Positions 30,291 through 39,690 of a DNA stretch of 64,000 nucleotides are shown here, piece by piece; the first letter of the stretch is position 1; each line of letters starts with the position of its first letter. The DNA lies in contig CAYVQY010000008.1 in NCBI GenBank assembly GCA_964452755.1, positions 34,578 to 98,577 of the forward strand, in the 5' to 3' direction. The DNA is from an uncultured Brevifollis sp. (GTDB lineage Bacteria > Verrucomicrobiota > Verrucomicrobiia > Verrucomicrobiales > Verrucomicrobiaceae). The position numbers and the translations under genes are program-made. Below the pieces are notes generated by a model. That model had not been told where the DNA came from. It was given only the letters and a program-made list of their open reading frames with translations, and did no database searches.

Positions 30291-31559
30291 ATGCTGATCC
30301 GCCTCCTTTTCTTCCTCGTCACTGCCATTGCGGCCACGTCCGCCGATCTTTCCGTCACCGCCTATTCATCGATCCAGGCGGCTTTGGACGCGAATCCGAA
30401 TCGGATGCTCTTCGTTCCGGCGGGTGACTACGTCATCCAGAACAAGGTCCGCATCCGTGGCGAGCGCAGCGGGCTGTTTGGGCCCGGGCGCATCATTCAG
30501 GAAAGCAACGATCAGCCGATCATCGAGATCGAAAACGCCGACGGCGCCGAGATTCGCGATCTGACGCTGACGCGGCCGGAAGGGAAGATGGAGACGAACA
30601 ATGAAGGCATTTTGGCGATCAAGTGCCGCGACCTCGTCATCGAGAATGTACGCGTGATCGACAACCGCACGCGATCCGGCGCGATCACGCTGCGCGAGAG
30701 CCAGGACTGCCGGATCAGCCGCTGTCTGGTGCGGAACTACATGCGCGTGACGATCGATGACCGCACGAAGAGCGAGGGCTACGGCTATGCCTTCAACTGC
30801 ACCGATGGCACGGGTATCAGCGTGAGCTACAGCACCGGCACCTTGATCGAGGGCAACCGCATCATTGAAGCTAACCTCGTCCCGACGCCTGAGATCAAGG
30901 CGAAGCACAAGCTCGGCGACTTCGTGAAGAAGAATGCGCAGAAGGGCAGCATCGTGAATCAGCTCACCTGGGACGCAAACTACGTGGACAACTGGCAGCA
31001 GGGCAGCGGCGTCATCGTCACCGCGCCGATGGTGAGCGACCTCACGCGCATCCTCGGCAATCACATCGAAAACGCCGCGCAGGGCATCGACCTGCACTCG
31101 GATCACGTCATCGTCTCGAACAACGTCATCGTGAACTCCTTCATGGGCATGAAGGCCATGCATGGCAGCCGCAATGTGATCATCACCGGCAACCAGTTCA
31201 TCAAAAACAGCCTCTGGGCCATCGGCCTCATGCCGGGAGCCGCGGCGAACGCCGAGAACTTCGACGGCGGCTCGATCATCGCCAACAACCTCATCTCCGA
31301 CTTCGGCCATGGCGATGCGCACTGGATCTGGGGTGATGAACGCTCGCCCATCAAATTCGACACCGGCCAGCAGCCCGACGATCCGCCGCTCACCGATGTG
31401 ATCATCACCGGCAACGTCATCCACAGCATCGGAAAACCGCGCTACAAATACGCGGTCATCATCCCCGGCGGCCCGAACGCCCCACGCGGCCTGCATTTCT
31501 CCAACAACCTCTTCCACCCCGGGACGGAGGGGGTTGCGAACACGGAACTGCCGCCGTGA
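30291..31559 (+). CDS. Exported right-handed parallel beta-helix protein
   Basis: Signal peptide; SIQAALD..., repeated I.GN.I / I.NN.I coils. Start moved to the ATG of MLIRLL. Confidence 0.8.
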   Translation: MLIRLLFFLVTAIAATSADLSVTAYSSIQAALDANPNRMLFVPAGDYVIQNKVRIRGERSGLFGPGRIIQESNDQPIIEIENADGAEIRDLTLTRPEGKMETNNEGILAIKCRDLVIENVRVIDNRTRSGAITLRESQDCRISRCLVRNYMRVTIDDRTKSEGYGYAFNCTDGTGISVSYSTGTLIEGNRIIEANLVPTPEIKAKHKLGDFVKKNAQKGSIVNQLTWDANYVDNWQQGSGVIVTAPMVSDLTRILGNHIENAAQGIDLHSDHVIVSNNVIVNSFMGMKAMHGSRNVIITGNQFIKNSLWAIGLMPGAAANAENFDGGSIIANNLISDFGHGDAHWIWGDERSPIKFDTGQQPDDPPLTDVIITGNVIHSIGKPRYKYAVIIPGGPNAPRGLHFSNNLFHPGTEGVANTELPP

Positions 31560-32687
31560 TCAGCGCCGCCACTCGCTGAAGGACACCTTCAGCTTTGTTT
31601 CGAGCTGTGTGACCTGCCATTTCTCCTTCGGCTCGATCAGGGCGAGGGACATGCCCTTCTTTCCTGCGCGAGCAGTGCGCCCGGCGCGGTGGGTGTAGTA
31701 TTCGAGCTGGTCGGGGAGCTGGTGATGGATGACGAAGGACAGGTCGGCAACGTCGATGCCGCGCGCGGCCACATCGGTGGCGATGACGAAGGGGACTCGC
31801 TGTTTCTTGAAGGCACGCATCACCTTGTCGCGCTCCTTCTGCATGAGGTCGCCCTGCAAAACATCCACGGGCAAGCCGAGCTCGGTCAGTTCGTTGCAGA
31901 GCGCCATGGCTCCCGCCTTGGTGCGGCAGAAGATCAGGCCGCGTTTGTCCTTCTGGCGCTTGAGGAAGTCGTAAATGAAATCGGTCTTCTTCTCGCGTTT
32001 GCAGAACGCAAAGCGGTGGTCGATGTCGCGGTTCACCACATTCGCCTGGTCGATCTGGATCGAGTGCGCGGTGGCGGACATGCAGCCTTTGATGAGCTGC
32101 TGGATCGCCTCGGGGAAAGTCGCGGAGAAAAGCCAGGTGCTGCGCCGCATGGCGGCCAGTTTGAGGATCTCCGTGAGCTGCTTTTTGAAGCCCATGCTGA
32201 GCATCTCGTCGGCCTCGTCCAGCACGACGTAGCGCACGAATTCGAGCGTGAGCGCGTCGCGCTCGATCAAATCCAGCAGGCGACCGGGTGTGGCGACGAC
32301 GATGTGCGTGGGACGCTTCAGGGCGTCCGTCTGGCGGTCGATGTTGTCGCCGCCGCTGAGGACTTCGATGAAGATTTTCTCGGTGTACTTCGTGAAACGG
32401 AAGAGCTGCTTGCCGATCTGCTTCGCCAGCTCGCGCGTCGGTGCCAGCACGAGTCCCTGGATGTCGCGATGCTTTGGATTCATCTTCGTCAGCAGCGGCA
32501 GGCCAAACGCCGCCGTCTTGCCGGTGCCGGTCTGCGCCTGCGCGATGAGATCGCTGCCGTCTGTCAGCAGGAAGGGGATCACCTTCTTCTGCACCTCGGT
32601 CGGCGTGACGATTCCCAGCTCCTCCAGACCACGGATCATCTCCGGCGGGATTCCGAGGGCGGCAAAAGGATGGGGGGCATCTGACAT
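31560..32687 (-). CDS. DEAD-box RNA helicase (short, core domains only)
   Basis: Q motif PTEVQ, AQTGTGKT, PTRELA, TPGR, DEAD, SAT, ARGID, HRAGRTAR. Start chosen at MSDAPHPF. Confidence 0.93.
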   Translation of the reverse strand: MSDAPHPFAALGIPPEMIRGLEELGIVTPTEVQKKVIPFLLTDGSDLIAQAQTGTGKTAAFGLPLLTKMNPKHRDIQGLVLAPTRELAKQIGKQLFRFTKYTEKIFIEVLSGGDNIDRQTDALKRPTHIVVATPGRLLDLIERDALTLEFVRYVVLDEADEMLSMGFKKQLTEILKLAAMRRSTWLFSATFPEAIQQLIKGCMSATAHSIQIDQANVVNRDIDHRFAFCKREKKTDFIYDFLKRQKDKRGLIFCRTKAGAMALCNELTELGLPVDVLQGDLMQKERDKVMRAFKKQRVPFVIATDVAARGIDVADLSFVIHHQLPDQLEYYTHRAGRTARAGKKGMSLALIEPKEKWQVTQLETKLKVSFSEWRR

Positions 32688-32901
32688 GGCGCTGCTGTCC
32701 GTCATGAGACGACAAATTGCCAGCGGCAAAGTAGCCATCTCGCTCCGCGAGATGAGCTCAGCGCTCACTCAGCAACCTGGATTACGAATTCTGCACACTT
32801 CAACCGGCCGAGGGGGCGCTGTGTTCCTCTCGCAGGAGCGAGAGGACTACTTTGCTTCGCCAAAGGTCGCGAGATCACCGGCATGCGGTCGTTTTGATCG
32901 T

Positions 32902-35024
32902 GTGAAATCCGTCCTTCTCACTCTCCTCCTCACTGGTCTCGCTGCTGCTGAATCCATTCAAACCGACCTCCTCATCGTCGGCGGCACCGAATCCGGCTGG
33001 GCGGCGGCGATCCAGGCGGCGCGGATGGGCGTGAAGTCGATCACGGTGGTGCATGATGGCGAATGGCTGGGCGGACAGTACACCGAGCAAGGGCTGGTTT
33101 GCGTGGATGAGAACAAAGGCGTGGGCAAAGTCGGCTGGGGGCCGGACTGGCATCCGATGAAGCGCTCGTTTCATCGCTTCGGCCTGTTCAAGGAGCTGAT
33201 GGATCGCATCGAGGCCTTCAACACGCAGAAGTATGGCTCGCCGATGCCGGGGAAGCCGATGCACGGCCCGACGACCTTTCGTCCGGCGGAAGCGGAGGCG
33301 ATTTTTCGCGAGATGCTGCAGCCTTACATCGCCAGCGGGCAGGTGAAGCTGCATCTGAACTGCATCCCGGTGAGTGCACTCAAGTCGGAGGACGGCCATC
33401 GCATCACCGGCATGACGTTTCGCTCGTCCAAAGGCGAGGAACTGAGCATCGAAGCGCCGCTGACGATCGATGCGTCGGACTGGGGCGATGTGGTGCAGCT
33501 TTCCGGCACGGAACTCGAGGTCGGGCCTGATCCGAAGTCACGCTACGGCGAGCCGAGTGCTCAGGAGGACGTCTCCGTGAATCCGCCGAACGAGATGAAT
33601 CCGATCACGTGGACGCTCATCGTCGAGGAAAGCCAAGGCGACACGCCGATCCCGCAGCCGCCGCAGTACGACGACCGGCGGTTCTGGGGATCCACGCAGT
33701 TTGGCAAGAACGAGGCCGCCAAACAGAAATGGGAGCGCAAAGTCAAAACCAGCAACATGGCCCCCTGGCCGCCGAAAGGCCGCGAAGCAGCCCGGCAGGG
33801 CACCATCCTGACCATGCGCCGCATCGTGGAAGGCACGACGAGCAAGGACGGCATCACCTCCGCACTCATCTGCTATGCGAATGGTCAGGATTATCCGCTG
33901 GAGCGTCTGCCGCGGCATGTGTGCGATGCGCTGGAGGCCACGGAACGCGGTGCCTCAATGAAGAACCTCGTTTTGATGACGCGTGAGCAGCGGGAGATCG
34001 TGTTTGCCGACTGCCGGGCGCATTCGCTCGGCCTGCTGCATCATTTGCAGACGACCGTGCATGATCGTGCAGCGGACACTGCGAACAGCCTGCGGCATTA
34101 TCATTTGAGCACCGAGTTCGGCACGCCGGACAACCTGCCGTGAAGCCCTACATCCGCGAGAGCCTGCGGCTGAAGGCGCTGCACATGATGCGTGAGCAGG
34201 ACAGCCTCGTCATCGGCGGCAACGGCAAAAGCGATGCCAAGGAATCCTTCGCGAAGGTGATGTATCCCGACGGTGTCTTCTGCTGGCAGTTCCATTACGA
34301 CTTCCATGACACCGGCCGCGCCTATTTGAAAAGCGAGGGCGATGCCGGCCCATGGACGCACTACGAGAAGCCCGGTCGCGGCGTACACAATCTCAGCGAG
34401 CGCAGCGTCTTCCCGCTGCGCAGCCTCATTCCATTGAAAATGGACGGCCTGATTGGCGCGCAGGGAAACGTCGGCTTCAGCAGCATCGTCAGTTCGGCGA
34501 TCCGGCTGCACGATCATCGCGTGCACATCGGCCAGGCTGCGGCTGCGCTCGCGGCGCTGTGTTTGAAGCATCAAATTCAGCCGCGTGACATGGCCTGGAA
34601 TCGAGAACACCTCGAAGAAATCCAGCACGCGCTCTGCGGCGGCAGCGAAGGCGTGCCGATGCTCCTGTTTCCCTGGCGTGACCTTCCCGCCGACCATCCG
34701 GCGTTCGTCGCCATCAATCGCCTAAGCGCACGCGGCTTGATTCCTGTCGAGCGACTCGACGTCGATTTTCAACCCGATGCGCCTGCGACGAAGGAATGGC
34801 GCGATGCGGTGCTCAAGCGTTGCGAGACCTATGACTTCAAGGTGGTCGGCGATGGGCAGCCCACGCGTGGTGAATTCGCCCAAAAGGTGTGGAAAGCCAT
34901 CGCAGCCCAATCACCGTCCGAGTGGAAGCGGCTGAAGCCCGACGATGCCGATGCGGACGGCATTCCCGATCTGGATGACGCGCTGCCGTTCGACAGGGCG
35001 GAAATGAGTTGGCCTGTGCCTTGA
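32902..35024 (+). pseudogene. FAD-dependent oxidoreductase split by a one-base frameshift near 34140 (or a sequencing error)
   Basis: The 5' ORF (GTG 32902 to 34143) has a signal peptide, DLLIVGGTESG..AA..AAR and TIDASDWGD. The 3' ORF (34140..35024) starts KPYIRESLRL, which continues the same family directly after ...PDNLP. Confidence 0.7.
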
Positions 35025-35068
35025 CCGTCTAAGTGCAGGCCTGGAAGGCACGTTCGCCATGCTGAAAT

Positions 35069-35087
35069 GCATGAATCGGATTCATGC
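35069..35087. promoter_or_regulatory. Perfect palindrome GCATGAATC-G-GATTCATGC (candidate regulator binding site)
   Basis: 9-bp arms with a 1-nt centre, ending about 50 bp upstream of the sigma54-like element; a further TGCATGAA half-site at 35103-35110. Confidence 0.6.
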
Positions 35088-35133
35088 GCTCGCGGAATTC
35101 TTTGCATGAACTGCATCGACTGCTTTGGGGCGG

Positions 35134-35149
35134 TGGCACCGCGTGTGCT
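35134..35149 (+). promoter_or_regulatory. Candidate sigma54 (-24/-12) promoter
   Basis: TGGCACCGCGTGTGCT has GG at 35135-36, exactly 10 nt, then GC at 35147-48, and lies just upstream of the ATG at 35168. Confidence 0.6.
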
Positions 35150-35167
35150 TGGCGGGAGGGTGTCCTC

Positions 35168-37150
35168 ATGGCACTCGGCTCATCGACATCGCACACTGCT
35201 CCAAAAACCCTGCTCATCGTCGGCAACGGGATGGTCGGCGCACATTTTTGTCGGCGGCTCGTCGAAGGCGGCCAGACCGCGAAGCGCGAGGTCGTCGTCC
35301 TCGGGCGGGAACCGCGCCCGGCTTATGACCGGGTACACTTGTCGAACTTTGCCCGCACGCGGAGTGCGGCGGGCTTGGAGCTTTTGCCGGCCTCCTGGTA
35401 TGAGGCGCATGGGATTCAACTTCACACGGGAGACCCGGCAGTGCGGCTCGATCTGGCGGAGCGTCGCGTTTTGACCGCAGGCGGCAGGACGGTGAAGTTT
35501 GACGAACTCGTCATCGCCACCGGTTCGAAACCCTTCGTGCCGCCGATTCCCGGTGCGGATTCACCGGGCGTGCATGTTTACCGCACGGTCGAAGATCTGG
35601 AAGCGATCTGTGCTGCGGCGAAAGGTGCACGCCGCGCCATCGTCATCGGCGGCGGACTGCTCGGGATCGAGGCGGCGCAGGCATTGCAGCATCTGGACGT
35701 GCAGGAGGTTTCCATCGTCGAAGTGGCTGACTTTTTGATGCCGCAGCAGTTGAACAAGGAGGCGGGTCTGACGCTGCAGACGCGGATCGAGGCGCAGTCG
35801 ATCGGTGTACAGACCTCCGTGCGGATTCAGAAAATCACGGCGGATGGTGCAGAGCTGAGACTGGTGCTCGAAAACGGCAGCGAGCAGGCGGCAGATCTCA
35901 TCATCATCGCGGCCGGTGTGCGCCCGTTCACGGACTGGCTGGAGGAAGAGCAACTGCAGCGCGGCCGCAACGGCGCGATCCAGGTCAACGACGCGCTGGA
36001 AACGTCCGAGCCCGGGATTTATGCGATCGGTGAATGCGCCGAACACCGTGCGCGGATCTACGGCCTCGTGGCACCGGGTTATGCGATGGCCGACGTGCTG
36101 GCGAAACGGATGGCCGGCAGGCGGAAGGCGCTTTTTACCGGCGCGGACACTTCGACACGGCTGAAGATGCTGGGTGTCGATGTCGTGACGTTTCGGGACG
36201 CGCTGCAGCCGGGACGCAGCATCCTTTATGAGAAGGAAGGCCAGTATCGAAAGCTGAACCTCGCGGCCAGCGGGCGGCTCATCGGTGCACTGGGCGTGGG
36301 ATCGTGGCCGGAGTCCGGCCTGGTGCAAAACGCTGTCAACGGTGGGCAAAAGCTGACGGCCCGGATGCAGAAGCGTTTTGAAGAAAGCGGTGCGATCTGG
36401 GGCGATGAAAGCATGCGCCCGGTGGCCGAGTGGGCGGACAGCGCCCTCATCTGTAACTGCATGCAGGTGCCGAAGGGCCGGATCATGGCCTGCATCGCCT
36501 CAGGTGCCACGCGGGTCGAGCAGATCACCGGGGCGACGGGTGCGGGCAGCGTTTGCGGCAGTTGTCAGCCGCTCCTTTGCCAGCTCGCCGGGGAGACGGG
36601 CGTGGCGGCACGCCCGGGCTATCGCACACTGCTGCTGGCCTCCATCGGCGGCTTGCTGCTGGTGCTGGTCACGTTGCTGGCCGCGCCGGTGACCTTTGCT
36701 CAATCGGTGAGCGACGGCTGGCATCAGGTCGATCTGCTGTGGCGTGATCCGTGGATCAAAAAAGTCACTGGTTTCTCGCTCATGGCCGTCAGCTTCATCG
36801 GCCTGCTGCTCTCGCTGCGGAAGCGCTTCGCATGGTTTCGCTGGGGGCAGTTCGCCCAGTGGCGGGCCTTTCATTCGGTCTTCGGCATGACGTCGCTGGT
36901 GGCGCTGTTCGTGCACACGGGATTCCGCTTCGGCCACAATCTCAACTTCTGGCTCATGTTCACCTTTGTGATGCTGAACCTGCTCGGTGCGCTGGCGGGT
37001 GTCGTGGCCGCGCTGGAGTCGCGCGGCGTCGGCATGGCCGCCGAGTGCGCACGTCAGTGGCGTCCCACGATGACGCGCCTGCACATCGTCCTGTTCTGGC
37101 CCTTCCCGGTGCTTCTGACCTTCCACATCCTCACCACGCTTTTCTACTGA
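35168..37150 (+). CDS. Fusion of NirB-like NAD(P)H:FAD oxidoreductase, BFD-like [2Fe-2S] domain and di-heme-b-type membrane domain
   Basis: IVGNGMVG, YDRVHLS, ATGS.PF.P, IGGGLLG.EAA, IYAIGECAEH, T.LK..GVDV; ICNC...CGSC; five hydrophobic helices with two His pairs 14 residues apart (HSVFGMTSLVALFVH, HIVLFWPFPVLLTFH). Confidence 0.85.
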   Translation: MALGSSTSHTAPKTLLIVGNGMVGAHFCRRLVEGGQTAKREVVVLGREPRPAYDRVHLSNFARTRSAAGLELLPASWYEAHGIQLHTGDPAVRLDLAERRVLTAGGRTVKFDELVIATGSKPFVPPIPGADSPGVHVYRTVEDLEAICAAAKGARRAIVIGGGLLGIEAAQALQHLDVQEVSIVEVADFLMPQQLNKEAGLTLQTRIEAQSIGVQTSVRIQKITADGAELRLVLENGSEQAADLIIIAAGVRPFTDWLEEEQLQRGRNGAIQVNDALETSEPGIYAIGECAEHRARIYGLVAPGYAMADVLAKRMAGRRKALFTGADTSTRLKMLGVDVVTFRDALQPGRSILYEKEGQYRKLNLAASGRLIGALGVGSWPESGLVQNAVNGGQKLTARMQKRFEESGAIWGDESMRPVAEWADSALICNCMQVPKGRIMACIASGATRVEQITGATGAGSVCGSCQPLLCQLAGETGVAARPGYRTLLLASIGGLLLVLVTLLAAPVTFAQSVSDGWHQVDLLWRDPWIKKVTGFSLMAVSFIGLLLSLRKRFAWFRWGQFAQWRAFHSVFGMTSLVALFVHTGFRFGHNLNFWLMFTFVMLNLLGALAGVVAALESRGVGMAAECARQWRPTMTRLHIVLFWPFPVLLTFHILTTLFY

Positions 37151-37163
37151 AGCACCCTTCTGC

Positions 37164-38618
37164 ATGAGCATGGCACTCGTCATTTCCAAACCGCTGCTTC
37201 TCTGGCTCAGCCTCACGGCGGCGCTCGGCAGCTATCTGGTCTGGCTGTTCTTTGTGCAGGATGACAAGCGTGCGCTGCTCCCCGGCATCACCACCAGCGG
37301 ACATCACCAGATCGAGCAGCGCTGCGACCTCTGCCACACGGAGGAGGTCTCGCCGAATTCGTTCACGTCATCGGGAGTCACGAACAAATCCTGCCTGGCC
37401 TGTCACAAGCAGGATCTCGACGAGGCCAGCGACTCGCACCCCGTCATCAAGTTCAAGAACCCGGAGAACGCCGTCTTTCTCGCCCACATCGACGCAATGC
37501 AGTGCATCACCTGCCACACCGAGCATGTGGAAGACCGCACGCATGAGATGGCCGTGTCGCTGCCGAAGGACTACTGCGCCCACTGCCACGACGTGACGCT
37601 GGAAAACGTACCCTCTCATCAGGGGCTGGCCTTCAGCACCTGCGCCACGGCCGGCTGCCACAACTACCACGACAACCAGGCGCTCTTTCCGCGCTTTTTG
37701 GTCGAACATGCCGGAGAACCGAAGCTCCACGGCCCCGGTCGTTCGCCGGAGCTGGATGCCGTTTACCGCTGGTTGCAAGACAGCGCCAAAAAGCCCGCTC
37801 CGCTGGTCAGCGCAGCCGCCGATGCTCCGGTTGGTGTCAAGGTCTCGCAGTCCGTGCTCAGCGACTGGCACGACACCGCACACGCTCAGGCGGGTGTCAA
37901 TTGCAGCGCCTGCCACAGCGCCGAACCGGGGCAGGAGAAATGGGTGCAGTCGCCCGGTGCCGAAAGCTGCAATGCATGCCATCAGATCGAGTCGCAGGAT
38001 TTCAAGAAGGGCAAACACGGCATGCGCCTGGCCGCCGGACTGCCGCCCATGCAGCCCGGGCTCGCACGCCTGCCGATGAAAGAGAGCGCCGCACACGCGC
38101 AGCTTTCCTGCATCAGTTGCCACGGTGCGCATCGTTTCGACCGCCAGTTCGCCGCCGCAGAGGCGTGCATGCAGTGTCACGACGACGCCCACACGCAGAA
38201 CTTCGCCCGCTCGAAACATGCCGCACTCTGGCAGGCTGAAATCGGGGGTGCAGCCGCCGCAGGTTCCGGCGTCTCCTGTGCCACATGCCACATGCCGCGG
38301 GAGGCGCGTCCCGCCCCGTCCGGTGAGGGCAGCACCATCGTCGTGCAGCACAATCAGAACGCCAATCTGCGGCCCAACGAGAAGATGTACCGCAGCGTCT
38401 GCATGCAGTGCCACGGCCTGCAGTTCTCCATGGATGCGCTGGCCGACACCGCCGCCATCCGCGCGAATTTTTCCACCACCGGCACGCCACGCCACGCCGG
38501 GATCGGCTGGGCCTTCGATGCCGCTTTGAAGCGTGGTGATCCGAAGGCCCGCGAGCGCCAGGCCGCCATCCATTCCCAGTCAGCCGCACCGCCAGAAACC
38601 CCAAACGCAAAAAACTAA
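37164..38618 (+). CDS. Membrane-anchored multiheme cytochrome c (10 CxxCH plus one CX4CH)
   Basis: N-terminal TM; CDLCH, CLACH, CITCH, CAHCH, CATAGCH, CSACH, CNACH, CISCH, CMQCH, CATCH, CMQCH. Confidence 0.9.
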   Translation: MSMALVISKPLLLWLSLTAALGSYLVWLFFVQDDKRALLPGITTSGHHQIEQRCDLCHTEEVSPNSFTSSGVTNKSCLACHKQDLDEASDSHPVIKFKNPENAVFLAHIDAMQCITCHTEHVEDRTHEMAVSLPKDYCAHCHDVTLENVPSHQGLAFSTCATAGCHNYHDNQALFPRFLVEHAGEPKLHGPGRSPELDAVYRWLQDSAKKPAPLVSAAADAPVGVKVSQSVLSDWHDTAHAQAGVNCSACHSAEPGQEKWVQSPGAESCNACHQIESQDFKKGKHGMRLAAGLPPMQPGLARLPMKESAAHAQLSCISCHGAHRFDRQFAAAEACMQCHDDAHTQNFARSKHAALWQAEIGGAAAAGSGVSCATCHMPREARPAPSGEGSTIVVQHNQNANLRPNEKMYRSVCMQCHGLQFSMDALADTAAIRANFSTTGTPRHAGIGWAFDAALKRGDPKARERQAAIHSQSAAPPETPNAKN

Positions 38619-38631
38619 AACAGGAAATGCC

Positions 38632-39252
38632 ATGACCATGAAACTCAACACCATCATCACACTGCGCCTTCTCGGCGTCCTCACCCTCCCGCTCTTCGCC
38701 TCCCAGCTCACCTCCTGCGGGAAGTCCGCAGCGGCGGTGGAAGGGGCCAAGTTCACCCCGCAACAAGTCGCCGACACCGTCGCCACCGTCCTCCGCGCCG
38801 ACCGCACCGTCTATGCGCGCGACATCGTCACGCGGCTCAAGGACGAAGGCGTCATCACCGCGCATGAAGAGTGGAAGTCGGAGAAGAAACTGCTGCTTCC
38901 AGCCCAGATGTTCCGCGCCGGAGCCGAGGAGGTGGACAAGATGGACAACAAGCCCGTCGAGTTCAGCTACTCCCTGCAATCCCTCTGGCCGCTGAACGTC
39001 GAAAACGCGAAAAAGCAGACGCCCGAGATCAAAAAGGGCCTGCAGGCCATCGTGGATAACAAAGGTGAAACCTACTACGGCGAGGAAGAACTCGGCGGGA
39101 AGAAATTCTTCTTCGCCATCTATCCTGACAAGGCCGTCGCCAAGGCCTGCTGGCAGTGCCACAACGACCACGAGAACCGCAAGCCGGAGTACCCCGAATT
39201 CGCCCAAGGTGACGTCATGGGCGGCGTCGTCATTCGTCTGCCACTGGACTGA
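38632..39252 (+). CDS. DUF3365 (Tll0287-like) monoheme c lipoprotein
   Basis: Lipobox LTSC; LLPAQMFR, SLWPLN, YPD.AV..ACWQCH and GDVMGGVVIRLP C-terminus. Confidence 0.8.
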   Translation: MTMKLNTIITLRLLGVLTLPLFASQLTSCGKSAAAVEGAKFTPQQVADTVATVLRADRTVYARDIVTRLKDEGVITAHEEWKSEKKLLLPAQMFRAGAEEVDKMDNKPVEFSYSLQSLWPLNVENAKKQTPEIKKGLQAIVDNKGETYYGEEELGGKKFFFAIYPDKAVAKACWQCHNDHENRKPEYPEFAQGDVMGGVVIRLPLD

Positions 39253-39269
39253 ACGCGCTCTCATTCGCA

Positions 39270-39671
39270 ATGAAACGGCACTTCACAGGCCTGCTGCTTT
39301 TGGTGGTGGTGAGCGGCTGCTCGGACGAACCCGGAGCAGCCGCGTCACACCCGAAAGAGGAAAAGCCGCACCATCCCTGGAACTGGCAGCCGGATGACCC
39401 CGAACTCGCCCACGGCAGGGACGTTTACAGCAAGACCTGCGGCCTCTGCCACAACGAAGGCGAGCAGGGAGCGCCATCCCTCAGCAATGCCGCCCGATGG
39501 AAAGCACGCCTCACCAAAGGCCCCGAAACCCTCGTCCGAAACGCCATTCACGGATTCAAGGGCGACGACGGGAAAATGCCGCCCCGCGGTGACAATGACG
39601 CCCTCACAGACGCCGACGTCACCGCCGCCGTGAAGTTCATGCTCGCCTCACTCAATCGCCTCACACCCTGA
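39270..39671 (+). CDS. Cytochrome c5-family lipoprotein
   Basis: Lipobox VSGC; G..VY...CGLCH..G..GAP, W..R, distal Met in MPPRG. Confidence 0.88.
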   Translation: MKRHFTGLLLLVVVSGCSDEPGAAASHPKEEKPHHPWNWQPDDPELAHGRDVYSKTCGLCHNEGEQGAPSLSNAARWKARLTKGPETLVRNAIHGFKGDDGKMPPRGDNDALTDADVTAAVKFMLASLNRLTP

Positions 39672-39690
39672 ACCCATAGAAACCAAACAC

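Noticed and set aside
35168-38618. Calling these genes nirB and nrfA
   Set aside because: The first lacks the siroheme/[4Fe-4S] domain and there is no nirD; the second lacks CxxCK and has 11 rather than 5 heme sites.
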